Origin: an archaeon
Lineage (GTDB): Archaea > Nanobdellota > Nanobdellia > SCGC-AAA011-G17 > GW2011-AR20
DNA: 46,750 bases
Direction: 5' to 3'
NCBI GenBank assembly: GCA_002688355.1
Contig: NZCT01000024.1
Location: 177,762 to 224,511 of the forward strand
Shown here: piece after piece, positions 1 through 9,403 of the stretch
Layout of the letters: each line of letters starts with the position of its first letter
How positions within the stretch are numbered: the stretch's first letter is position 1
The notes under the pieces: model-generated
Told to the model about the DNA's origin: nothing
What the model saw: the letters and a program-made list of their open reading frames with translations, nothing else
Database searches by the model: none
Made by a program: the position numbers and the translations under genes

Positions 1-2303
1 AATAAAAATAAACTTAATCCAGTCATTAAAATTCCAATTAACAAAATATTATACCACATATTTCTAGAAACAATTCTTTCCTTAGGCTTCCTAGGTGCTT
101 TTTTCATAACACCTTCATCAGCACTATCTAATCCTAAAGCTAAAGCAGGAAAACCATCTGTAATTAAATTAACCCACAATAAATGTATAGCAATTAATGG
201 TATAGCAATATTTCCCCCAAACGTAAATCCAATTATTAAAGCAATAAATAAAATTAAAACCTCACCCATATTACTTGATAATAAATAATTAACAAACTTC
301 TTTACATTATCATAAATACTTCTTCCTTCTTCTATAGCACTTACAATAGTAGCAAAATTATCATCCAATAAAATCATATCAGAGCTCTCTTTAGCAACAT
401 CAGTTCCACTAACACCCATAGAAACACCTATATCAGCTTTTTTCAATGCAGGAGCATCATTAACCCCATCTCCAGTCATTGCAACAATCTCTCCATTATT
501 TTGTAAAGCATCAACAATTTTAATCTTATGCTCAGGATTAACTCTTGCATAAATATTATATTTGTTTATTACATCTTTCAAATGTTCTAGCTTATCAATT
601 TCCTGTCCAGTTAAAACTTTACCCTTTATACCTAACCTAGAACCAATTGCTTTCGCAGTTACAGCATGATCTCCAGTAATCATAATAACTCTAATTCCAG
701 CTTCTTTACATTTTCTAATTGCAACTTTAGCTTCCTCTCTTTCAGGATCTATCATACCTTGTAATCCAACAAAAATTAATTTATTTTCTTCTAGTTTATC
801 ACTTTCCTTATAAGCAAATCCTAAAACCCTTAAAGCATTTAATGCTAAATTCTCATTAACTTTCAAAATTTTATTTTTATCTTTCTCAGAAAGCTTTCTC
901 ACTTTACCATTTTCATAAATTCTATCACAAACACTCAAAATTTTTTCAGGAGCACCTTTAGACATAATCATATTTTTATTCTGCCATTTATGTAAAGTCG
1001 ACATCATTTTTCTTTCAGAAGTGAAAAATTCTTCTTTCAATCTTTTTCTTTTCTTCTCTAAATTCTTTTTATCAATTCCAAATTTTCCAGCACTTACTAA
1101 CAAAGAACCTTCTGTAGGATCTCCAATTAATTCATGATCATCTTGAAACAAAGCATTATTACATAAAACTCCAATCTCTAATAAAAATTCTAATTCTTTA
1201 TCATTAACTTCTTGATCTTTATACAAAAACTTACCTTCTTTATCATAACCAGATCCAGTAACATCAATCACTTTTCCATTAACATAAATTCTTTGTACAG
1301 CCATTTCATTTTTAGTTAAAGTCCCTGTTTTATCCGATCCGATAACAGTTATTGAACCTAAAGTCTCAACAGAAGGTAACTTTCTAATTAACGCATTTTT
1401 CTTAACCATTTTTTTAACACCAACAGCTAAAGAAATAGTAACAACAGCAGGCAATCCTTCAGGAACAGCAGCAACAGCTAAACTAACTCCAACTAATAAC
1501 ATTTCTAAAAAACTTCCGCCTTTTAACGTACCACCAACAAAAACAATTAAAGCAACAACAATTACAATATAACCTAAAGTTTTCCCTAATCTATTTAATT
1601 TAATTTGCAACGGAGTTAAAGTTTGTTCTGTTCCCTCAATTAAAGTAGCAATTTTACCTATTTCTGTTTTCATTCCAGTTCCAGTAACTACAGCTCTACC
1701 TCTGCCATTAACAACAGTAGTTCCAGAAAAAATCATATTATCTTGATCAGCTATTTCACAATTTTCTTTTATTGATTTAACATTTTTAGAAATAGGAATA
1801 CTTTCCCCAGTTAATGAAGCTTCTTGTGTTTGTAAACTATTATTTTCAATTATTCTAGCATCACAAGGAATCTTCTTACCAGTCTCTAAAACAATCACAT
1901 CTCCAGGAACTAAATCTTTAGAATCAATTCTTTTAATCTTACTTTCCCTAACAACTTCAATATGTAAACTACTTAATTTTTTCAAAGCCTGAATACTTTT
2001 CTCTGCCTTATATTCTTGAATAAAACCTAATACTCCATTCAACAACAAAATTGCTCCAATAACTATTGAATCTATAAATTCTTTAAAAAATAGAGAAATT
2101 ACTAAAGCTCCAATTAAAATATACACAACAAAACTCTTAAACTGATTAATAAAAATTTTAAAAGGGGAAATTCTTTTACCCTCTTTTAATTCATTTAAAC
2201 CATATTTTTGCAATCTTAATTTTGATTCCTCTTCACTTAAACCATCTTTAGAAGTTTTTAATTCTCTGAAAACATTATCAACATCTTTTTTATAAAAATC
2301 CAT
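1..2303 (-). CDS. P-type IIA (Ca2+-transporting-like) ATPase, 3'-truncated by window edge
   Basis: Not in ORF track. Manual translation from ATG at 2303 ([26 protein letters not shown]...) gives [47 protein letters not shown] and [15 protein letters not shown]. Confidence 0.95.
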   Translation of the reverse strand, partial: MDFYKKDVDNVFRELKTSKDGLSEEESKLRLQKYGLNELKEGKRISPFKIFINQFKSFVVYILIGALVISLFFKEFIDSIVIGAILLLNGVLGFIQEYKAEKSIQALKKLSSLHIEVVRESKIKRIDSKDLVPGDVIVLETGKKIPCDARIIENNSLQTQEASLTGESIPISKNVKSIKENCEIADQDNMIFSGTTVVNGRGRAVVTGTGMKTEIGKIATLIEGTEQTLTPLQIKLNRLGKTLGYIVIVVALIVFVGGTLKGGSFLEMLLVGVSLAVAAVPEGLPAVVTISLAVGVKKMVKKNALIRKLPSVETLGSITVIGSDKTGTLTKNEMAVQRIYVNGKVIDVTGSGYDKEGKFLYKDQEVNDKELEFLLEIGVLCNNALFQDDHELIGDPTEGSLLVSAGKFGIDKKNLEKKRKRLKEEFFTSERKMMSTLHKWQNKNMIMSKGAPEKILSVCDRIYENGKVRKLSEKDKNKILKVNENLALNALRVLGFAYKESDKLEENKLIFVGLQGMIDPEREEAKVAIRKCKEAGIRVIMITGDHAVTAKAIGSRLGIKGKVLTGQEIDKLEHLKDVINKYNIYARVNPEHKIKIVDALQNNGEIVAMTGDGVNDAPALKKADIGVSMGVSGTDVAKESSDMILLDDNFATIVSAIEEGRSIYDNVKKFVNYLLSSNMGEVLILFIALIIGFTFGGNIAIPLIAIHLLWVNLITDGFPALALGLDSADEGVMKKAPRKPKERIVSRNMWYNILLIGILMTGLSLFL

Positions 2304-2316
2304 AAATTAATATAAA

Positions 2317-2835
2317 TTATTTATTATTTAAATCTACCTTACACCCAACAAATAAATCTTTTGCTGTAAAGTAATAAGACAATCCCAATAAAATCATAAC
2401 ACTAATCCTTATTTCATTAATATATGTTGTAACAAAAGAAAATACACTTACACCTAACCCTCCAAGTAAAGTTATTATTGGAATTAATAAAGCTGAGCAA
2501 GTACATGTTCCCAAAAACAATCCAATAAAAGTTCCAAAAAAACCTCCAGAAGAATTTTTCTGAATTATTGGAGTCTTTAGTTTTACTTTACGATAAATTA
2601 TCATTGTAATTATTACACTTGAAATCAAAGGAACATATATTATATAGATCACATCTAAAAAACTAATAAAATTATTAAAATTAAATACAAACTTAGGAAA
2701 CAGAAATATTATTTGCATTAATATACCTAAAAAAAATAAAAAAATTATAAGAAGGAAAAAAAATAAAAAAAAATAATTTTTATTCTTCAAAACCAAAAGA
2801 CTATTCTTTATTAAATTCCCCATTTTAAAAAACAA
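2317..2835 (-). CDS. Multi-pass membrane protein with CxC motif, probable partner of the DsbA-like protein
   Basis: About 4 hydrophobic segments; GTCTCS in a membrane segment and GCK near the C-terminus; 14 bp downstream of the DsbA-like gene. Confidence 0.6.
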   Translation of the reverse strand: MFFKMGNLIKNSLLVLKNKNYFFLFFFLLIIFLFFLGILMQIIFLFPKFVFNFNNFISFLDVIYIIYVPLISSVIITMIIYRKVKLKTPIIQKNSSGGFFGTFIGLFLGTCTCSALLIPIITLLGGLGVSVFSFVTTYINEIRISVMILLGLSYYFTAKDLFVGCKVDLNNK

Positions 2836-2849
2836 AAAATTAATAGAAA

Positions 2850-3707
2850 TTAACTTTCTATTAAAGTATCTAAGATTTGTTTAAATGTTGAAAATGGTAA
2901 TGCTCCACTTACTTTAAATCCTAAAGCATTATTCAAATCCCCACAAACAGTACCTTGAGGATCACAAACATTTGCATCATAAGATATAGTATCACCATCT
3001 AACTTACCAATTATAAATCCAGGCGTACCACTTACTCCAGCATTATTCCCATCTTGGAAATCTTGATTTACTTCATCAAGATATTTCTGAGAGTCGTAAC
3101 AATCAGTAAATTGTCCAACATCCAAACCTACATCAGAAGCCCATTGTCTTAAGTTACCTTCACTCAAAGAACCTTGATTTTCAAATATTATGTCATGATA
3201 ATCCCAAAATTTACCTTGTTCATTTGCACACTCAGATGCCAATGCTGCAGGCATAGCTAAAGGATGAAAATCTAATGGAAAGTGTTTGTAAACAAATTTA
3301 ACTTTTCCAGAATTGATATATTCTTCTTTTAACTGCGGTAAAGCATTAGCATAAGCTCTTCCACAAAATGGACATTCAAAATCTGAAAACTCTATAATAG
3401 CAATTTCAGCATCTTCATCACCCAATACAGTTTCACCTGCTGCGCTTGCACTTAATATTAATTCTCCTCCAGACGGAACATTATTTCCTCCATTACCTAC
3501 AATAGCTCCAGATCCTCCATTTCCAGAATTAGAACCTTGAAATCCTCCAGTTAAAATACTTATTAAAAATAAAGCCATGAATATAAAACTCACAAACATC
3601 CACATTGTACTTTTCTTAAACGTTACAGTTTCTTCTTTTTTATTATTTATAACTTCTTTACTAGTTGAAACTTCTTCTTTTGAAACTTCTTTATCATTCT
3701 CTTCCAT
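2850..3707 (-). CDS. Membrane-anchored DsbA/DsbG-family thiol-disulfide oxidoreductase
   Basis: N-terminal TM helix, Gly/Asn linker, EFSDFECPFC active site, HFPL, GVSGTP cis-Pro, GALPF; GGAGG Shine-Dalgarno (SD) upstream. Confidence 0.9.
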   Translation of the reverse strand: MEENDKEVSKEEVSTSKEVINNKKEETVTFKKSTMWMFVSFIFMALFLISILTGGFQGSNSGNGGSGAIVGNGGNNVPSGGELILSASAAGETVLGDEDAEIAIIEFSDFECPFCGRAYANALPQLKEEYINSGKVKFVYKHFPLDFHPLAMPAALASECANEQGKFWDYHDIIFENQGSLSEGNLRQWASDVGLDVGQFTDCYDSQKYLDEVNQDFQDGNNAGVSGTPGFIIGKLDGDTISYDANVCDPQGTVCGDLNNALGFKVSGALPFSTFKQILDTLIES

Positions 3708-3809
3708 TAAAACCCCTCCAGATTTTTTAAAAGTAAAATGTTATTTATATACTTTACCTTTAATTATATTATAATTTTTATAGTAAAGATTAATAAATGT
3801 ATTGTTCAT

Positions 3810-5534
3810 TTATTCCAATAATAAATTACTAACATCACTTTTCTTTTTTAAGAATTTATTAACATCATAAGGAATTTTCTTTAAAGGTTTTGTACTTATT
3901 CTTATTCCATCCTCCTCAACATTACATATAATATTCATTTTCCATTTGTCTAAAGTTTCAGGAAAATCAACTCTATAATGAGCACCTCTACTTTCTTCTC
4001 TAAACAATGCACTTCTAATAATCATCTCACAAGTTGGTAACATATTTCTAATATCTAAAGCAGCTATTAAATTTTCATTCATTATTAAAGAATTATCAAC
4101 TTTAAATTTAAGTTTTTTATATTTATGTAATTTCTTCAAAGCTTTTTTCATATCTCTAGCTTTTCTTACAACACCAACATTTCTCCACATTAAATTTTGA
4201 ATATCCTTCTTAATCTTAATCGGATCTTTACCTCTTTCATTTCCTAATTTATGCATTATCTCCAAAACTTTATCATTAACTAAACTTTCATCTATCTTTG
4301 TAAATCTTATTGATTTTAATTCTTTTAAAATGTTTTTCCCTGTTAATTTTCCAAAAATAATAATCTCGGCCAGACTATTTCCACCTAATCTATTTGCGCC
4401 ATGAACTCCAGCTGTAACTTCCCCAATTGCAAATAAGTTCTTTATACTAGTTTTCCCAGTCTCATGATCAACATAAATTCCACCCATAGAGTAATGTGCC
4501 GTTGGAGCTACTTCCATCTTATCTTTAGAAATATCAACATTAACATAATCCTTAAACTGTTTATACATTCTAGGAATTCTTGATAAAATATATTTTTTAG
4601 GTTTGTAACTAATATCTAAATAAACACCTTTCTTTTTAGTTCCTCTTCCTTCTTTAATTTCATTATAAACAGCTCTAGCCACAACATCCCTAGCACTTAA
4701 CTCCATTTTTTCAGGAGCGTATTTTTCCATAAATCTTTGTCCTCTTTTATTTGTTAATATTCCACCTTCTCCTCTTACAGCTTCAGTAACAAGCAAACCT
4801 TCTGCTTCTTGAGGATAAACCATACCAGTTGGATGAAACTGAAACATCTCCATATCCATAAATTTAGCACCTAACTCATAGCCTAAAAAAATTCCATCTC
4901 CATTATTTTCCCAAAATCTTGAAGAACTTCTTTTATACATTCTAGAATGTCCACCAGTACATAAAACTACAATTTTACTATGGAAAATAATAAACTCACC
5001 ATTTCGAATATCTAATCCAATTGCACCATTAACTCTTCCCTTAGCATATAACAAAGAAACAATATAAATTTCATTTTTAAATCTTACTTCTCTTTTCAAA
5101 GTTTGATCAACTAATGAATCTAATATTGCCTTCCCAGTATAATCTCCAACAAAACAAGCTCTTCTATAAGTAGCAGCTCCAAAAAATCTTTGTGTAATCT
5201 TACCGTTAGTTTCTTTATGAAATTTAACTTTCCACTTTGCTAATTCTTTAACAGCGTCAGTCGCGTTTTTACATAAAACTTTGACAGCCTTTGCATCGTT
5301 AATATAGCCACCTTCTCGTATTGTATCAGCAGCATGTACTTGCCAAGAATCTTTTTTATCTAAGTTACCTAAAGCAGCATTTATACCTCCAGTAGCTAAA
5401 ATAGTATGTGCATCTCTCTTCTCGCATTTACCAACAACTAAAACATCTGCTTTATTGTCATGTAACTCAATAGCAACTCTCAAACCAGCTCCACCTGAAC
5501 CAATTATTAGAACATCAGATTTTTCAATATTTAT
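3810..5534 (-). CDS. Succinate dehydrogenase/fumarate reductase flavoprotein subunit (SdhA/FrdA/NadB family); true start uncertain
   Basis: AHTILATGG, QFHPTG, LVTEAVRGEGG, PTAHYSMGG, HGANRLGGNSL, ESRGAHYR. The frame stays open upstream of the tracked TTG (5483) through DVLIIGSGGAGL (FAD GxGxxG) to ATA at 5534, which is preceded by an in-frame TGA. Confidence 0.85.
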   Translation of the reverse strand: MNIEKSDVLIIGSGGAGLRVAIELHDNKADVLVVGKCEKRDAHTILATGGINAALGNLDKKDSWQVHAADTIREGGYINDAKAVKVLCKNATDAVKELAKWKVKFHKETNGKITQRFFGAATYRRACFVGDYTGKAILDSLVDQTLKREVRFKNEIYIVSLLYAKGRVNGAIGLDIRNGEFIIFHSKIVVLCTGGHSRMYKRSSSRFWENNGDGIFLGYELGAKFMDMEMFQFHPTGMVYPQEAEGLLVTEAVRGEGGILTNKRGQRFMEKYAPEKMELSARDVVARAVYNEIKEGRGTKKKGVYLDISYKPKKYILSRIPRMYKQFKDYVNVDISKDKMEVAPTAHYSMGGIYVDHETGKTSIKNLFAIGEVTAGVHGANRLGGNSLAEIIIFGKLTGKNILKELKSIRFTKIDESLVNDKVLEIMHKLGNERGKDPIKIKKDIQNLMWRNVGVVRKARDMKKALKKLHKYKKLKFKVDNSLIMNENLIAALDIRNMLPTCEMIIRSALFREESRGAHYRVDFPETLDKWKMNIICNVEEDGIRISTKPLKKIPYDVNKFLKKKSDVSNLLLE

Positions 5535-5570
5535 TCAAATCACCTCTCCTATATAATAAAAAATTGAATA

Positions 5571-5587
5571 TTAATAAATTTATGTTT
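5571..5587. repeat. 17-bp direct repeat copy 1 (TTAATAAATTTATGTTT), BRE/TATA-like on minus strand
   Basis: Identical to 6543-6559; the two copies bracket the 304-aa ORF. Confidence 0.7.
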
Positions 5588-5603
5588 CTTGATTTAATCA
5601 TTA

Positions 5604-6518
5604 TTATATTAATTTAGGAGTCATATTTTCATTCCATTCTAACAAAGGTACCAATTTATATGATATAAAATGTTTAACGTCTATATAAATAAAATTTGGA
5701 ATTATTGGTTTTTTGATCATTATCTCAGCAGGTTGTTCTACATGACTTTGTAATATAAATGTTATAGGCACATAGACATTTCTACAAAAATTTTCTATAT
5801 CTTGTTTAAAATTATCCACTCCGCCATAAGAGCTACCAAGTTTAAGATATACTCTATTTAAGAATTGTTTTAAATAATTATAATAAAAATTCTCAAAACT
5901 ATTAATGTAATCAGGTAAATCAAGATATTCTAAGAACGATGAATCAAGTTTTACTTGCAACAGTATAGCTCTATTCTTTTTTCTTAAAATTTTCCCAAAC
6001 CTAAATGCAACTTTTAAAAAATCTTTTTCTTCCTCTGTCAAGAAATTTTCTTTTTCTCTTAAATGTTCTATATCCCATGTAGCTTGCATATATTCTTCAT
6101 CCAATAATTCATATATGAATGAAGGTAAATCAACTGCAGAACCCACTTTTTTAACATTTTCAGTTGTTGCAAAATACAGTGGTTTTGAACTCATATCTGC
6201 AGTTATATCTTGATGCCAACCTTCAGTAGAAGATCCTCCTTTTGCTAATATCTTAGATATATTTTCTATTGCTCTTTTCATACCTTTTGGTAATCTTGAT
6301 GTGTCTAAACCATATTTTTTTATAAAAGGTAATAATAATATACTTGTACCATGATACAACCATGCTGATTTATCTTTAATATTATCATTCCATAATTTTG
6401 AGATAAAGATATAATGTTCTTCAACAAATTTATCTATGTCTATACTTTCAAGATATTTTCTATCTACATTTTTTATAATTTCACTCTTGAAATCTTCTTT
6501 AATTTTTTCAATAGACAT
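5604..6518 (-). CDS. Orphan protein with ADP-ribosyltransferase-like (H-Y-E) motifs
   Basis: WLYHGTS...IKKYGL, LYFAT, AILLQVKL and AEIMIKKPIIP occur in the order expected for ART-fold strands. Confidence 0.55.
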   Translation of the reverse strand: MSIEKIKEDFKSEIIKNVDRKYLESIDIDKFVEEHYIFISKLWNDNIKDKSAWLYHGTSILLLPFIKKYGLDTSRLPKGMKRAIENISKILAKGGSSTEGWHQDITADMSSKPLYFATTENVKKVGSAVDLPSFIYELLDEEYMQATWDIEHLREKENFLTEEEKDFLKVAFRFGKILRKKNRAILLQVKLDSSFLEYLDLPDYINSFENFYYNYLKQFLNRVYLKLGSSYGGVDNFKQDIENFCRNVYVPITFILQSHVEQPAEIMIKKPIIPNFIYIDVKHFISYKLVPLLEWNENMTPKLI

Positions 6519-6542
6519 TTTAAAACAATAATCATTATTGAT

Positions 6543-6559
6543 TTAATAAATTTATGTTT
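6543..6559. repeat. 17-bp direct repeat copy 2
   Basis: Identical to 5571-5587; about 25 nt upstream of the ATG at 6518 (minus strand). Confidence 0.7.
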
Positions 6560-6560
6560 T

Positions 6561-7313
6561 CTAATTGCTCGAGTTTTCCCACAAAACATTAAAAATCTTG
6601 ATTTGAGTTCTCGCAAAATTTTCATCCTTTATCAATAATGCATAGGGCTTCTCACCTTGACTAAGAAAATAAACATAATCACCTGCAACTCCAAATTCCA
6701 TTTCCACTTGATCATTCGTATATTTAATTTCAATATATTTTAATTTCTCTCTTTCTTTTCCATGTTCTTTAACATTTTTTGGAACGATTAATCGTTGATG
6801 AACCTTTTTTTTAATTCTAGGCCCATGGAAATATTCTAATAGAAATGCATTCCATTTACTATAAGCAATAGGTGCAGAAGATATGTAAACATTAGAATTA
6901 ATATTCCAACTTTCTGTAAACTCATTAAACATAGATTTAACTCCTCTCAATCCTTCAAAATATTTAAAATCATTTTCTTTACTCTCTTTGATTTCAATAG
7001 TCTTTAATTTATCTACAAATTCTTTTAAATCCTCTCTTTCTTTTTCTAATTGTTTTTCTTTTTCTCTTATAATTGTAAACAAATTTTCAGGATTAACAGA
7101 TCTATACACCTTCACATTATTAGTTATTTTAAAACTAATGAGTCCACTATCAAGTAATTTTCCTAGGATATCATATATATGTGAACGAGGGATCTTCTCT
7201 TTAGAACATATAACTCCTGCTTTTGCTTCTTTATGTTGTAATAGAAATAAATATACCTTTGATTGAACTTGTGTAAGTCCGGTATTTTGTAATTTTTCAA
7301 TTATATCTTTCAT
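6561..7313 (-). CDS. TrmB-family transcriptional regulator
   Basis: GLTQVQSKVYLFLL...IPRSHIYDILGKLLDSGLI winged HTH, NPENL, coiled coil, FEGLRGVKSMF, PLD-like C-terminal domain. Confidence 0.9.
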   Translation of the reverse strand: MKDIIEKLQNTGLTQVQSKVYLFLLQHKEAKAGVICSKEKIPRSHIYDILGKLLDSGLISFKITNNVKVYRSVNPENLFTIIREKEKQLEKEREDLKEFVDKLKTIEIKESKENDFKYFEGLRGVKSMFNEFTESWNINSNVYISSAPIAYSKWNAFLLEYFHGPRIKKKVHQRLIVPKNVKEHGKEREKLKYIEIKYTNDQVEMEFGVAGDYVYFLSQGEKPYALLIKDENFARTQIKIFNVLWENSSN

Positions 7314-7322
7314 TTTAATATA

Positions 7323-7386
7323 GCTACACCAATAAGAGGTAGCAAGTATTTAAATACTCCTTTTAAGCTTATTACTATAAAGTAAA
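7323..7386. promoter_or_regulatory. Divergent promoter region with palindromes (candidate TrmB operators)
   Basis: GCTAC-N11-GTAGC (7323-7343), perfect AGTATTTAAATACT (7345-7358, contains a TATA box), TTACT-N5-AGTAA (7372-7386). Confidence 0.45.
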
Positions 7387-7411
7387 GACAAACGTTCAAG
7401 GAGGAACAAAA

Positions 7412-7843
7412 ATGACAAACATAAAATATAAAATAGGAAACATTGTTGGAGAATTACCAACAAAAGAAGGTATGGATAGTCACAAATTCGTAGTTATGGC
7501 ACGTGAAGAAGAGAATGATCTTGAGTTAGTCCTTAACTCTGAAATACTTCCAACAGAAGGCAGTGGACCATTCGCAAGGGAAAGTAACCTATTACATGCA
7601 GAAATCGTGGATAAAAATCCAGGTGGAAGATGTGTTGGCGGAGGAAAAATAACATATAGTGAATATGATGATACGTCAATAATCGCGGGAGAATCAACAG
7701 GCTATGGAATAGTTCATTCAAACGTAAGAGAGATTTTCGGAAAATTGTTATCTGAAGAGTATAAACTTAAGGAGTTTGATTCAGGTTATATTGAAAAGGA
7801 AAAAAACGAAGCATGGATTAAAAGACACAATATAAAGCTTTAA
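7412..7843 (+). CDS. Janus/Ocnus (14-kDa phosphohistidine phosphatase)-like protein
   Basis: HKFVVM, HAEIVDK, CVGGGKI, IAGESTGYG match the PHP14 pattern KYVL, HADI, CLGGGRI, YGYSxxYG; AGGAGG SD upstream. Confidence 0.65.
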   Translation: MTNIKYKIGNIVGELPTKEGMDSHKFVVMAREEENDLELVLNSEILPTEGSGPFARESNLLHAEIVDKNPGGRCVGGGKITYSEYDDTSIIAGESTGYGIVHSNVREIFGKLLSEEYKLKEFDSGYIEKEKNEAWIKRHNIKL

Positions 7844-7856
7844 TTCAGGAATTTCA

Positions 7857-7885
7857 AGGAGAATAATTTCTCCTCTTCTTATTTT
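7857..7885 (+). terminator. Hairpin plus pyrimidine tract after the Janus-like gene
   Basis: AGGAGAA-TAAT-TTCTCCT perfect 7-bp stem followed by CTTCTTATTTT. Confidence 0.5.
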
Positions 7886-8022
7886 ATATAATCAATTATT
7901 TCCAAAAACACTTATTTAAATTCTTTATGTTTCATTTCAACACTCTTGTATTAATAAATTCTCAAATATTACAAATAAACTCTCTAAAAACATTTATATA
8001 ATTCTTCAAACTAAAAATACTA

Positions 8023-9402
8023 ATGAAAAGAGGTTCTCGTACAGAAAAAGATTACTTGGGTTCTAAAAAGATACCATCATCTGCTTACTATGGAGTTCAA
8101 ACTAAAAGAGCATTAGAAAACTTCCCAATTAGTAATTTACATTTACAAAAAGAATTAGTTTACGCAATTACAATAATAAAAAAAGCAGCAGCCATTACAA
8201 ATAAAAAAAATAAAAGATTAGAACCAAAAAAAGCAAACGCTATAGTAAAAGCATGTAATGAAATACTAAAAGGTAAATTTGATTCACAATTCCCAATAGA
8301 TGTTTTCCAAGCAGGAGCAGGAACTTCTGAAAATATGAACATTAACGAAGTTATAGCAAACAGAGCATTACAAATTCTAAAAAAGAAAAAAGGTTCATAT
8401 AACTATCTTCATCCAAATGATCATGTAAACTTAGCACAATCAACAAATGATGTTTTCCATTCAGCAATTTATATTTCAGCATATACAGAAATAAAAAATA
8501 ATTTACTACCTACATTAGAACATCTAGAAAAAGAATTAAATAAAAAACTAAAAGCCTTTAGCAAAATTAAAAAATCAGGAAGGACACACTTAATGGATGC
8601 TGTTCCTATAACTCTAGGTCAAGAATTTTCAGGATACAAAGACACAATTAAACAAAATAAAGTTAAAATTAAAGAAACTTCTAAAGAACTATTAAATCTA
8701 AACATTGGTGGAACTGCAATAGGAACTGGAATTAACACAACACAATTTTATCAAAAAAATATAGTAAAAGAAATAAATAAAATAACAAAAGAAAAATTCA
8801 AAAAAGCAGAAAACTTAATTGAAGCAACTCAAAATATAAATCCTATAACAAATACAGGTTCTTCATTAAAAAATCTAGCATTAAACTTAATAAAAATAGC
8901 CAATGATTTACGTTTATTAAACTCGGGACCTTCTTCTGGTTTAGCTGAAATATCTCTCCCAAGTGTCCAACCAGGTTCATCTATAATGCCCGCTAAAGTT
9001 AACCCAGTAATGGCAGAAATGTTAGATATGGTTTCTTTCCAAGTTTTAGGTAATGATACAACAATAAACCTATGTGCACAAGCAGGACAATTAGAACTAA
9101 ACGTTATGGTACCTCTAGCAGCTTATAATTTATTACATTCAATTGAAATATTAAACAATAGCATTAAAATATTCACAGAAAAATGTGTTAAAGGAATAAC
9201 CGCTAATAAGAAAAAAACCAATTACTACTTAGAAAAAAACCCTATAATAGTTACAGCATTAACCCCACATATTGGTTATGAAAAAGCAGCTCAAATAGCA
9301 AAAGAAGCATACAAAAAAGATAAATCAATTAGAGAGTTAATCATAGAAAAGAATTTAATGGATAAAAAAACATTAAACAAAATACTAAACGCAGAAATAT
9401 AA
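8023..9402 (+). CDS. Class II fumarate hydratase / aspartate ammonia-lyase
   Basis: YYGVQT, QAGAGTSENMNINEV, HPNDHVN, GRTHLMDAVP, GSSIMPAKVNP. GAGTS leans aspartase, while the gene context fits fumarase. Confidence 0.9.
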   Translation: MKRGSRTEKDYLGSKKIPSSAYYGVQTKRALENFPISNLHLQKELVYAITIIKKAAAITNKKNKRLEPKKANAIVKACNEILKGKFDSQFPIDVFQAGAGTSENMNINEVIANRALQILKKKKGSYNYLHPNDHVNLAQSTNDVFHSAIYISAYTEIKNNLLPTLEHLEKELNKKLKAFSKIKKSGRTHLMDAVPITLGQEFSGYKDTIKQNKVKIKETSKELLNLNIGGTAIGTGINTTQFYQKNIVKEINKITKEKFKKAENLIEATQNINPITNTGSSLKNLALNLIKIANDLRLLNSGPSSGLAEISLPSVQPGSSIMPAKVNPVMAEMLDMVSFQVLGNDTTINLCAQAGQLELNVMVPLAAYNLLHSIEILNNSIKIFTEKCVKGITANKKKTNYYLEKNPIIVTALTPHIGYEKAAQIAKEAYKKDKSIRELIIEKNLMDKKTLNKILNAEI

Positions 9403-9403
9403 A

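Noticed and set aside
5535-5537. In-frame TGA before the SdhA-like gene as selenocysteine or recoded stop
   Set aside because: The position is not a conserved Cys, no SECIS-like hairpin is seen, and TGA terminates other genes (prf1, the aminotransferase).
3577-8342. Tracked short ORFs 3577-3774, 6414-6638, 6988-7266, 7533-7721, 8160-8342
   Set aside because: Antisense shadows of well-supported genes, with F/L/S/I-rich composition and no motifs.
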